A stretch of 46,783 nt of DNA from an archaeon (GCA_035289485.1 DATDXA010000043.1:1-46783); one strand, 5' to 3'; positions 1-8,528 are shown, counted from the first letter of the stretch. Made by a program: numbers and translations. Notes: generated by a model not told the origin, from the sequence alone.

Positions 1-1
1 G

Positions 2-139
2 CCTTACGACAAAATAACTTATAGTTATTACAAGGGGCTGCTCTCAGGACTTCTCACAGGCTTTAGCGGAAAAGTCTCAAAGCTCACAGAGCACGCAATC
101 GATGTTTCTGGCGGGCAGCTTAAGCTGAGTATTTGGTGA
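2..139 (+). CDS. 3' end of a hypothetical protein (truncated by window edge)
   Basis: Open frame from nt 2 (PYDKITYSYYKGLLSGLLTGFSG...LSIW) to TGA 137-139. Confidence 0.5.
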   Translation, partial: PYDKITYSYYKGLLSGLLTGFSGKVSKLTEHAIDVSGGQLKLSIW

Positions 140-192
140 AACTGGATAAGGTGTTGAAAATGACTTATGCATAGGAGGCGGCTGTTTCACGA

Positions 193-603
193 TTGCAAAA
201 CGTAAAAATACCGGAAAAAACAAAAGCCGTAATCATTAAAAAAATCTCCGAGATGGGGGAGAAGGATATTTTGAAAATGAATCGTCTGGTACGCGACGAA
301 GAGAGGTTGCAAAAATATAGGGGCCCTCGCATATGGAAGCTGCAAAGGCGCAATTATGATAAAATGAAGGCCGTAATGCTCAAACACGGACTTGGGCCAA
401 AGGAAACGGCAATAGTTCTAATATCTGGAGCCGCATTAGGTGCCGCAGCCGACCCCTTGCTACCGTTTGTAATAGCGCGCAAAAGTGAAATTTTGGCAAA
501 AGTTTGGATGGGGGCAAAAATTGTCTCGGCTGTTGCCCCGTGGACGTATCTTGGAGCGCGTGTTGCCTATAAGAAAATCAAGCGCAGGATGGCAAGGAAA
601 TGA
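193..603 (+). CDS. hypothetical basic protein with hydrophobic segments
   Basis: 136-aa ORF, stop overlaps next ATG (ATGA); start uncertain. Confidence 0.6.
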   Translation: MQNVKIPEKTKAVIIKKISEMGEKDILKMNRLVRDEERLQKYRGPRIWKLQRRNYDKMKAVMLKHGLGPKETAIVLISGAALGAAADPLLPFVIARKSEILAKVWMGAKIVSAVAPWTYLGARVAYKKIKRRMARK

Positions 604-1229
604 CACCGATTGGAAATAGGCGTGGAATATGGGTGAAGTTAAAGGACAGCCCTGCAAAAAATCCGGTCAGAAAATGGGTGAGCGAATCGGTTACTCCTTA
701 TTTTAGAATGGTTGTAAATACTGGAGAAAAACCCGTATTTACAAGGACTTCGGTCGGGAAAAAATCCGTGCTGCTCCGCTCTGGCGGGGCATTCTTGTTC
801 GCGGAAATGAAGCCCGTATTCAAGCCGGTTGTAGCACTTGATGGAACGGTTGTTCTGTCACGTGGCGGAAAAATGTTACGGCCGCACATACACGGGAAAA
901 ATAATCGCAGTATCCTTATCGCATTACAAGGGTTCAGCAAGTTCATAAACGAGCACATGGAGGAATTGAGGCGGGAGGGTGTGAAGGGGGTTTTGATAGA
1001 ATCTGCCGATGAAACGTTCAACCAGTTCGCAATCAAAAAACTAAGGGGTGAGGAAGTACGTGGTAATGTCAATACAAAATTCATGCTGCCAATTCTAATA
1101 AAAGTGGCACCGAGGGTATTTCCAAATGCAATCCCAAAGAGCAAAACAATGAAGGGAAGAAGAATATGGATTCCGATTGAAAATGCCGCACGCTATCAAA
1201 AAAACGTTACATATGAGTTGGTGGATTAG
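600..1229 (+). CDS. hypothetical protein
   Basis: 209-aa ORF coupled to the upstream ORF; no recognised motif. Confidence 0.65.
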   Translation: MTPIGNRRGIWVKLKDSPAKNPVRKWVSESVTPYFRMVVNTGEKPVFTRTSVGKKSVLLRSGGAFLFAEMKPVFKPVVALDGTVVLSRGGKMLRPHIHGKNNRSILIALQGFSKFINEHMEELRREGVKGVLIESADETFNQFAIKKLRGEEVRGNVNTKFMLPILIKVAPRVFPNAIPKSKTMKGRRIWIPIENAARYQKNVTYELVD

Positions 1230-1271
1230 ACCACAGGAACAATTTTATTCCCAAATCCCGTATAACCTTGC

Positions 1272-3377
1272 ATGGGAAATGAAAGTGCCGCGGCACCTGA
1301 ACCAATTTGGAAGCCGTTTGTTGAAAAGTTCCGGCAGGAGCTTGTGATTGCGGGCTATAGCGAGCGCACAATCAAGATGTATCTTCTTTATGTGGAGGCA
1401 CTGCTCGCATCCGCTAATAAGGACCCGACAAAAATAGAAAGAAGCGATATTGTTTCGTTCCTTGCAAAAAAGAAGGAGAAAGGCTCTGCAAATACAACGC
1501 TTGGCCTTGTTCATGCGGCGCTCACTTTTTTCTTCAAAAACTACCTCAAAATGCCAATAATGGAAGAAATCACAACCCCGAAAAAAGCCAAGCACCTCCC
1601 CGTGGTCCTTACAAAAGATGAGGTGCGCGATCTTCTGAAGGCTACAAAACTTGGAAGAAACAGGCTCATTCTCCAGTTCATTTATTCGTCCGGCGTGCGC
1701 GTAAGTGAAGCCGTGAATATGAAAGCCGATGAAATCAATCTCAAAGAAAGGATGGGCAAAGTAAAATCCGGAAAAGGCGACAAGGACCGCATTATCATCC
1801 TTTCAAAAAACTGGTGCAGGCTTGCAAAAAAATACCTCGACCGCAAGAAAGTGAAAAGCCCCTTTCTCTTTTCAAAGAAAAACGGCAAGCAGCTAACACC
1901 TGACACAGTCCAGAGAATTGTAAGGGATGCGGCGGAGAAGGCAGGGATTCAAAAAGAGGTCACGCCGCACACGCTAAGGCATTGTGTTGAGGCTGGCACA
2001 AGAATTTTTACAGATAACACTATTTTGTCCGCAAAGCAGCTTTACAATAACCCAACCTCAAAAATACAGGGATTTGAATGGGGCACTAATGCACTTGTTA
2101 GCGCCCCTCTTCTTGGAAAAGAAGAGCAGGAGCGAAACGGGCTGCTTGAGATTTGGGCTGATGGGTATTGGATTACCAGTACGCCAGAGCACAGATTCTT
2201 TGTTTCTAGCGCGCACGGGCTTGCAGAAAGCTGCGCAAAAGACCTCAAAGTCGGGGATTATGTGCTTGGTGTAAAAAAAGCCGCCATTGAAAGCAAAGTT
2301 GTTGCGCCGGCTGGATGGTGGAGATTTATTGGTTATATTTTGGGTGATGGGACAGTAAGCCAGAGCCGCCGCGGAGTAATAATCAATGACAAAAACCCAT
2401 ATTTTGCAGAATTTTACCAGCAGTTGGCACAAAAAGAACTTGGCAAAGCGCCTTTTCTCAATCAATGCAAGGGCAGCAACAGTTTCGAACTGGTTTATTA
2501 TTCAAAAGCGTTTGTCGGGCAGCTTAAGGGAATGGGAATGATGGTTAGGGCCCCACAAAAGCGTGTTCCTGAGGAGCTGTTTGGGGCATCCACTGATGAA
2601 ATCTGCGCATTTCTTGCAGGCTACTACGATGCTGATGGAAATGAGGGCGAACCTAAAATGTTTTCCTCCAGCAAGGAACTGCTAAAGGATGTGCAAAGCC
2701 TTTTGCTAAGGCTTGGAATTGATGCCCATTTGTATAAGAGAATAAGGAATGTGAAACTTCCGCAGGGGAAAATAATAAGGCATATAATTTACTATCTTGA
2801 GATAATTCATATGCCGGATCAGTTGCTTTTCCAAAATTTAATTCCCACACAGAAAAAAATCAAGGTAATGCCAGATTTTGTCGGCGAAAAAATACCTGCC
2901 GGCAAAATCATTGCAAAGATGTACCCAAAGATGCTTGCAGTAAGAGGGCTTGTCTATAAATTGCAAACAAAGCACGGGATAAGGCACCTGAAAAGATACG
3001 CCGGCAAAATATTTCCTTCAAGAGAAACACTCCTTGCAATAAGTGAAGAAATTTCAAAAGTGCCGGGTTTTGAAGAGGAGAAAAAAGCGATTGATTCTCT
3101 CACCGACCAAAATTTTAAATGGCTCAGAGTTAAAAAAATCCTTAATGTAGAAGGGGAGAAAAAAGTTTATGATTTTACAGTCGCAGGTACTGAGAATTTC
3201 ATTGCGGATGGATTTGTTGTGCACAATTCCTACGCAACCCACCTCCTCGAAGCCGGCGTGAACATTCGAAACATCCAGGAATTGCTGGGCCATAGCAACC
3301 TAAACACCACCCAGATTTACACCCACGTTTCAACCGAGCAGCTAAAGAAAGTGGAAAGCCCACTGGATAATCTTTGA
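1272..3377 (+). CDS. xerA: XerA-like tyrosine recombinase/integrase interrupted by an intein (about 286-aa extein)
   Basis: [11 protein letters not shown]-terminal domain, SGVRVSEA (catalytic R), [34 protein letters not shown] (catalytic Y). Confidence 0.9.
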   Translation: MGNESAAAPEPIWKPFVEKFRQELVIAGYSERTIKMYLLYVEALLASANKDPTKIERSDIVSFLAKKKEKGSANTTLGLVHAALTFFFKNYLKMPIMEEITTPKKAKHLPVVLTKDEVRDLLKATKLGRNRLILQFIYSSGVRVSEAVNMKADEINLKERMGKVKSGKGDKDRIIILSKNWCRLAKKYLDRKKVKSPFLFSKKNGKQLTPDTVQRIVRDAAEKAGIQKEVTPHTLRHCVEAGTRIFTDNTILSAKQLYNNPTSKIQGFEWGTNALVSAPLLGKEEQERNGLLEIWADGYWITSTPEHRFFVSSAHGLAESCAKDLKVGDYVLGVKKAAIESKVVAPAGWWRFIGYILGDGTVSQSRRGVIINDKNPYFAEFYQQLAQKELGKAPFLNQCKGSNSFELVYYSKAFVGQLKGMGMMVRAPQKRVPEELFGASTDEICAFLAGYYDADGNEGEPKMFSSSKELLKDVQSLLLRLGIDAHLYKRIRNVKLPQGKIIRHIIYYLEIIHMPDQLLFQNLIPTQKKIKVMPDFVGEKIPAGKIIAKMYPKMLAVRGLVYKLQTKHGIRHLKRYAGKIFPSRETLLAISEEISKVPGFEEEKKAIDSLTDQNFKWLRVKKILNVEGEKKVYDFTVAGTENFIADGFVVHNSYATHLLEAGVNIRNIQELLGHSNLNTTQIYTHVSTEQLKKVESPLDNL
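1983..3227 (+). mobile_element. intein with LAGLIDADG (DOD) homing endonuclease, 415 aa
   Basis: Starts C-VEAGT, ends VYDFTV...[11 protein letters not shown] followed by Ser(+1); internal motifs FIGYILGDG and [10 protein letters not shown]. Confidence 0.95.
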
Positions 3378-3460
3378 ATCAATCCTCCGCCCCCGCAGTT
3401 CCGCTACTCCGTTGTTTTTGGGGAATTCGTGTTTTGAATGGTTTATGCGCAGCCAGATCA

Positions 3461-3541
3461 AACCAACATGAATTATGTATAAGTAACATCTTACTTCTTT
3501 GTTTAAGGTGGGGCACTTCAATAACCCACATGAGTTATGTA
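3461..3541. repeat. 19-bp imperfect direct repeat downstream of xerA
   Basis: AACCAACATGAATTATGTA (3461-3479) and AACCCACATGAGTTATGTA (3523-3541), 17/19 identical. Confidence 0.6.
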
Positions 3542-3651
3542 GATTATCTATTGCTAATGCTTGTGTGCGTTTTTTCCGCGCATCGGACAGAAGATTTATA
3601 TATCTGGGGGCATTTATTATTTTACAAATTATTTGTTCGGAGGAATAATAG

Positions 3652-3951
3652 ATGACTACAAGACTTTCAAAATTGTTCGGCATGGACATAGTTAACGTCA
3701 ATGGTGAGCACAAAGGCAAGGTTTTCGACCTTGTGATAAACCTAGAAAAGGGGAGAATAGAGACAATAACAACTGAGGCCCTGAAGGCTAGGACAAAGCA
3801 GGAAGCCAAGAAAATAATTAGCGAAAAAAGCATTCCTTACAATAGGGTGATTGCTGCTAAGGACTTCCTTGTTGTCGGAAATTCTTCAAGAGTTGAAGAA
3901 GAGCCAGAAGAGCAGGCTCCTGCGCCAAGGCACCCGATTCGCCGATACTAA
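3652..3951 (+). CDS. PRC-barrel domain protein
   Basis: LSKLFGMDIVNVNGEHKGKVFDLVINLEKGRI...IPYNRVIAAKDFLVV matches the PRC-barrel pattern. Confidence 0.85.
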   Translation: MTTRLSKLFGMDIVNVNGEHKGKVFDLVINLEKGRIETITTEALKARTKQEAKKIISEKSIPYNRVIAAKDFLVVGNSSRVEEEPEEQAPAPRHPIRRY

Positions 3952-4070
3952 AAACCCGTTTTTATTTTTTTAAAACGAAAAACAGCCGTAAGAATATTAT
4001 GTTTTAAATATATACATAAGAAAAGTTATTTTATATAATAAGGCATATTAGCGGAAGTGCGGGGTGTCAG

Positions 4071-4652
4071 ATGTACAAAGGGCATTTTATAAAATATAAT
4101 TTTATAATTCCTGAAACTACTAAGCATTCTTCATATACTTATCAGAAGCTCTTTCGCGCGCTCTACGGCTATACTCAGAATGTAACCAAATCAAACGGCA
4201 AAACATACAAATACCACCGCAAGGGAATCCTTTCTGATATTCCTTATATTCGCCCAGGCAAGAACTGTGTGATAATTCCTCCGAAATCTTTTGCTCCGCT
4301 TGATACTTTTTTCAAAACCGGAAAGAACCCAACCCATTTTTGGAAAACAAAGGGCAACTGGAAGGCTGTTTTTTACATGGATGAGAAAGTGCTCGAGGAG
4401 AGCCAGGTGATTGCCGCTCTTAAAGAGCTCATTTCGCGCTCTTTCCAGTCAGGGGTTGAGGATGTTCCAATTCCAGATTTAAATTTGCTGGCAGAGCGCG
4501 CGGCAGGCGGCACGCAGGTCTCTGCGGAGAAGGCAAAGCTCGCTGTTTCCGAAGCTGAAAAAATCGTGAACCAGCCCTGGTTCAAGGATGTTTATTCAAA
4601 GGACGCTGAGCTCAAGAAGTTTTATGAAAGTTACAAGGCGCTGAAGGGTTAA
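4071..4652 (+). CDS. hypothetical protein
   Basis: 193-aa ORF with GGGGTG SD-like site and AT-rich promoter region upstream. Confidence 0.75.
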   Translation: MYKGHFIKYNFIIPETTKHSSYTYQKLFRALYGYTQNVTKSNGKTYKYHRKGILSDIPYIRPGKNCVIIPPKSFAPLDTFFKTGKNPTHFWKTKGNWKAVFYMDEKVLEESQVIAALKELISRSFQSGVEDVPIPDLNLLAERAAGGTQVSAEKAKLAVSEAEKIVNQPWFKDVYSKDAELKKFYESYKALKG

Positions 4653-4698
4653 CGCCCAAATCGACTGCTTTTTTAATAAATTCCCTCCAGATTCTAGC

Positions 4699-5215
4699 AT
4701 GCCAAAAAAAGATTCAATCCACTTTTATTCTTACTGGTGGGACAATCGATTCATTCTACAACGGGCCGCTTGATACTGTTACTCCAAACAAAAAATCAAT
4801 GATTCCTGATTACATTAAAAATCTGAATCTTCATGAAAAAATTAAGTTCACAACTATTTGCATGAAAGATAGCCGGCACATCAATACCATCGACAGAAAG
4901 AAAATGATCCGGCTAATTGAAAAGTCTCCAGACTCCCTATTCATAATTACCCACGGAACTTATACAATGCCGGATTCCAGTCGTTTTCTCGAAGCTAATT
5001 TGAAAAGAAAAGGTGTTGTAATAATTTTTACCGGTTCAATGATTTCATTATCTTTCCCAGGTTCTGACGGGGGTTTCAATCTTGGTTACTCCTTAGCAAA
5101 TATTTCTCACGCGTCGCCCGGAGTTTATGTATCGATGAATGGCCGACTTTTCAAACCAAAAGAAGTTGAGAAGTTACTTAGTGAGGGAAGGTTTGCATCA
5201 ATATTCCAAACCTAA
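4699..5215 (+). pseudogene. short L-asparaginase (N-terminal domain) with one frameshift near 4723-4726
   Basis: MPKKDSIHF, then one extra T, then ILTGGTIDS...; second motif ITHGTYTM and FTGSM; could be a sequencing error. Confidence 0.75.
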
Positions 5216-5270
5216 TCCTTTTTCAGAGTTTAATTCTTCACTTGCGCCGCAGCCTGCAAGAAATTGAAAT

Positions 5271-6098
5271 TTATTTTAGTGCCGGGGATGCTGAAAATTT
5301 CAAGAGCTCCTGATTCAACTCCGGATTTGCGGCACGCAGTGCTAGTTGATATAACTCCAAACGCTCATTTTGGTTCTTTGTAATCTTTAGTATGTTATGA
5401 AACAAGTCATAGGCATTTTTTGCAGGGTTACTACTTTCAGGCAACTCTACAAAATCAAAAGGCACGCTTCCAGAACGCGGGTTTCGTAATACCCCAAACA
5501 TATCATCCCTAGGCGAAAATCCGAGGTTTGCAATTAATGTCATGCCGTGTATTGTGTCTCTGCGCGCCTTTTTGGAGCGCGCATGCATCAGGGCATAGCT
5601 GGAAAGCGAGTTAAGCTTAGATTGTGGGATACCTTTTATCGAGGCTTGAAATTGTTCGCGGTTACGTTCTATTTCCGACACTCTGTCAATTATTTTTGTC
5701 TGGCCCTTTGATGCATCATAAAAAAGCTGCTGCAACATTACCCACTCCCCTTGCTTTGCATTCACTATTCTATCCCCCTCACGGATTTTGTACATGGCTG
5801 TTTTTGGTATGGGGATTTTTGCCTCTACTAATTTGTTAATAAGTTCCTGAATCCTTTTTGCATATGCGTCATCAGAACCGCGGCGAAACCATTTTATCGC
5901 AACCCTCTGCCTTGTGGTTTTTCCGCCTTTTGAAAAAACAACCACTCCTTTGTAAACTGTGACGGAGCCTCCATGTCCGATACTATCTGGATGGCTCTTT
6001 GAACTTGCGACCCTGACAACATCTTGGGCGCCGAGCCATGCGGTTGGTTTCTTCTGTTCCCACCATCGCGGGCGTCTGGGGTTTCCCGGTTTCATCAT
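5271..6098 (-). CDS. hypothetical protein with protein-kinase-like N-lobe
   Basis: IGHGGSVTVYKG glycine loop and RVAIK motif; no clear HRD/DFG. Confidence 0.55.
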   Translation of the reverse strand: MMKPGNPRRPRWWEQKKPTAWLGAQDVVRVASSKSHPDSIGHGGSVTVYKGVVVFSKGGKTTRQRVAIKWFRRGSDDAYAKRIQELINKLVEAKIPIPKTAMYKIREGDRIVNAKQGEWVMLQQLFYDASKGQTKIIDRVSEIERNREQFQASIKGIPQSKLNSLSSYALMHARSKKARRDTIHGMTLIANLGFSPRDDMFGVLRNPRSGSVPFDFVELPESSNPAKNAYDLFHNILKITKNQNERLELYQLALRAANPELNQELLKFSASPALK

Positions 6099-6192
6099 AT
6101 ACTTTTAGCGGCGAATAGGTATTTATTGGTTCAGTGGCGGTGGCTCTGTAGACCTCAAAACCGCTTAGGCCAGCTACAAAGAAACACCTTTG

Positions 6193-6627
6193 TTAGCGCG
6201 CCTGTGCCGCAGCCTGCTCCGTTTCCTCTTCTTCCTCAATCTGCTTCTTTGCTTTAAGCTTGATTAGCACATCCCTCTTTCTCCACTTCTTCTTGCCGCC
6301 AACGCTGCTGGTTTCCACTAAGCCCACATCCACAAGTGTTTTGATGTATGGGTAGAGGCTGCGGTCATTCTTGTAATCCATCCCGAAGATTTCGCGGATC
6401 CTTCTTAGGATTTCTTCCATCGAAATCCACTCATCAAACCCGAGAACCGATGAAATATGCGCGGCCTGAGTGTGCTCATTCATCTTGATATAATCCCAGA
6501 TGCTGTGAATTTCCTCAATTTCCTCTTTTGCGCCGTAAATGCTGTTGTCAATCTTTGCAGTTGGCGATTTATCCTGTGCGCTTGCGCCTCCGGAAAGTAT
6601 TTTTTTGAGAAAATCAAGCAAAAACAT
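6193..6627 (-). CDS. putative winged-helix DNA-binding protein
   Basis: ISMEEILRRI...RSLYPYIKTLVDVGLVET...GGKKKWR resembles a wHTH recognition helix and wing. Confidence 0.65.
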   Translation of the reverse strand: MFLLDFLKKILSGGASAQDKSPTAKIDNSIYGAKEEIEEIHSIWDYIKMNEHTQAAHISSVLGFDEWISMEEILRRIREIFGMDYKNDRSLYPYIKTLVDVGLVETSSVGGKKKWRKRDVLIKLKAKKQIEEEEETEQAAAQAR

Positions 6628-6733
6628 GATAGTAATTACTCTAAAGAGCTTTAAATAATTATCGTGATGGTTGTATTTACCATTTATTGTTGTGGTAATG
6701 TAGTATATTGATAGTAATTACCAGTAATATTAC
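6627..6733. promoter_or_regulatory. repeated palindromic sites at the wHTH gene promoter
   Basis: TGATAGTAATTAC at 6627-6639 and 6709-6721 (core palindrome GTAATTAC); GTAATATTAC at 6724-6733. Confidence 0.5.
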
Positions 6734-6799
6734 GTCAATAGCCAAATATTTAGGTATATTTGAGTGATTTTGTGCGCTTTTTAGCGATATTTCAATTGA

Positions 6800-7096
6800 A
6801 AGTGAGCCTATTTTAGCGACTAAAAACGCCTAAGTTAGCAATGCGCGGAGCCAGGTGTTTGCAGTGAGTCCATTTTAGCCGACTGTAAATTATCGCATCA
6901 TTAAAGTGGGTGTATTTTAGGGGGCTTTTACGGGTCAAAATTTCGAATGCGTTTTTGTAAGTTGGTTTTAGCGGCCTTTTGGCTGTTTAAGCCAATTTGT
7001 GCATTGCTTTAACCGAATTGAAACAATAGGGCCAGAAAAATAGAGTTGTTTTATTTAGTTAATTACAAATTAACATTAATAAGTGAGCCTATTTTA
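6800..7096. repeat. iteron-like direct repeats in an AT-rich intergenic region
   Basis: AAGTGAGCCTATTTTA exact at 6800-6815 and 7081-7096; variants AGTGAGTCCATTTTAG at 6863 and AAGTGGGTGTATTTTAG at 6904. Confidence 0.65.
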
Positions 7097-7153
7097 CGAT
7101 AGGAAATAAGAAAAAAATAGCGGGGAAAGGATTTGAACCTTTGACCTCCGGGT

Positions 7154-7222
7154 CTCTCAAGCATTCGCCCTTTATTTGTTGTATTTTGCCTTTATTCGCT
7201 TATTTAGCCTGATGGCGGCCTT
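7154..7222 (-). other. canonical 37/38 intron of tRNA-iMet (69 nt)
   Basis: BHB: GGG-CTCA-TAA-AG paired with CT-TGAG-AGA-CCC. Confidence 0.9.
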
Positions 7223-7257
7223 TATGAGCCCGGCGGGCACTCCTGGCTGCCCTACCC

Positions 7258-7302
7258 TAATAGATAAACATCACCTAAAATATTGCCGATGATACGTTTA
7301 TT
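7258..7302 (-). other. non-canonical 4/5 acceptor-stem intron of tRNA-iMet (45 nt)
   Basis: Strict BHB: CC-ATAG-CGA-ATAAAC paired with GTTTAT-CTAT-TAG-GG; cutting CG|A and TA|G restores AGCGGGG. Confidence 0.85.
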
Positions 7303-7304
7303 CG

Positions 7305-7889
7305 CTATGGAGGGAGCGGAGAACCGCTGTAAATCCTATTTATCTTACATGAAATGTGCTTATAATGCTTTATATTGGTCAAAATCCGCAATCTCCAGAT
7401 TTCTCTGGGTGTTTTTGCGTTTTTGAAGCTCCACATTTTTCCGATTGGGATGTGCAAAAGCCCGCATATTTCGGCTATTTTAAGCAAAACACCCTTATCC
7501 TGCTGCGTAACCGTAATATCGCCTTTTACCACGTATCCTTCGGCATCAATAAAACCACTCAAAAAGCCCATTAAATAGTCTTGTGATTTTGAAGTTGCCG
7601 TTTCTAATTTTTGGCTTTTGCTTGCCATTTTTCCATAAAATTCCTTGGAATCGACCCTTAGCCGCAAAGAATCAAATCTTTTGTCCTTTCTTTCTCTTCC
7701 TTTTAACCCGGCTTTTTCTAGTATTTCCTGTAATTTAGCCCTTATATCCCCATCCCGGTCAGAGTTGAGGTAAAACTCAACCCTGTAATGCCTGTCATTT
7801 TTGTTATAATGGGAGTAGCCATCTCCTACAAAAAAACCATCTAGATAGCCTTGATTCAAATCAGATAATTCAAAAACTATTCTATTCAC
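7305..7889 (-). CDS. free-standing LAGLIDADG homing endonuclease (two motifs)
   Basis: YLDGFFVGDG and FLSGFIDAEG; no intein splicing motifs; GTG start; TAG overlaps tRNA nt 1-2. Confidence 0.88.
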   Translation of the reverse strand: MNRIVFELSDLNQGYLDGFFVGDGYSHYNKNDRHYRVEFYLNSDRDGDIRAKLQEILEKAGLKGRERKDKRFDSLRLRVDSKEFYGKMASKSQKLETATSKSQDYLMGFLSGFIDAEGYVVKGDITVTQQDKGVLLKIAEICGLLHIPIGKMWSFKNAKTPREIWRLRILTNIKHYKHISCKINRIYSGSPLPP

Positions 7890-7891
7890 CT

Positions 7892-7900
7892 CTACCCCGC
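7892..7900 (-). repeat. copy of spliced tRNA-iMet nt 2-10 (GCGGGGTAG) upstream of the endonuclease ORF
   Basis: Exact 9-nt match spanning the 4/5 junction, about 25 nt downstream of TATA-like TTTTAAGG (7933-7926). Confidence 0.6.
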
Positions 7901-7976
7901 AGCATGTGTAAACTGGTGGCTATAGCCTTAAAATACAATATTCGAAATTATTAGCTATGTCCAATATTTTGTGTTT

Positions 7977-8528
7977 TTAGAGCATTTTCCGGAGCTCTTC
8001 CATCTCTAATTTGAGGTTTTCTATCTTGTTTCCAAGATCTTTAAGCCTTCTCTTATTATCAACAGCCACAAGGGGCTTTCCCGATTCCGGATCCTTAAAG
8101 TTATACTCCGCGGCTATTTCAAAGGGGAATTCAGCCATTCCCTTGCCCGCGCTAAAGAACTCGTGCGTTCCTTCAAATTCCATGCCTTTTTCAAGCTTAG
8201 TTATGTCCTCGGTATGGGTTTCTATCAGTATTTCGGCAATGCGCGAATTCTTTATCTCCCAAGTATAGGAATACCATCCTGTCTTAGTATTTTTGGTTTT
8301 CTGGTAGCATGCAATCCCGCGGTAGTGGAGCCTATTTAGCACAGTCCTTATTTCAGTCACTTTAAGGGGCAGTTTCTTGCCTATTTCCTCATCAGTTACA
8401 GGCCTTTTTTTGTGCTCGCAGATTTTCATGAGTTCAATTGCATATTCCCCGCCCACGGATTTTAGAAAGTCCTGCACTATCTGCAGTTCATAGATTTTCT
8501 TGACGGGGGTTTTTGGCATACTAATCAT
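7977..8528 (-). CDS. tfe: archaeal transcription factor E (TFE alpha)
   Basis: TDEEIG..L.LKVTEIRTVLNRLH..GI...KTGWYSYTW motif. Confidence 0.9.
   Translation of the reverse strand: MISMPKTPVKKIYELQIVQDFLKSVGGEYAIELMKICEHKKRPVTDEEIGKKLPLKVTEIRTVLNRLHYRGIACYQKTKNTKTGWYSYTWEIKNSRIAEILIETHTEDITKLEKGMEFEGTHEFFSAGKGMAEFPFEIAAEYNFKDPESGKPLVAVDNKRRLKDLGNKIENLKLEMEELRKML

Larger units (their letters stand above)
7118..7306 (-). tRNA. initiator tRNA-Met(CAU) with two introns (4/5 and 37/38)
   Basis: Spliced: AGCG|GGGTAGGGCAGCCAGGAGTGCCCGCCGGGCTCATA|ACCCGGAGGTCAAAGGTTCAAATCCTTTCCCCGCTA; A1-U72 pair and GGG/CCC anticodon stem. Confidence 0.92.

Noticed and set aside
13..29. AATAAC-TTATA-GTTATT inverted repeat as a dif site
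   Set aside because: Short arms, and it lies within an apparent coding frame.
3342..3833. ORFs 3374-3655 (+) and 3342-3833 (-)
   Set aside because: Atypical composition, overlap with real genes and a repeat-containing intergenic region; likely spurious.
6800..7096. CRISPR array
   Set aside because: Repeats are short, degenerate and irregularly spaced, and no cas genes are present.
7252..7900. Reading the whole LAGLIDADG ORF as lying inside one giant tRNA intron flanked by GGGTAG repeats
   Set aside because: I found no BHB joining those ends and position 1 would be T, not A; the 45-nt 4/5 intron has a strict BHB and restores a perfect initiator acceptor stem.
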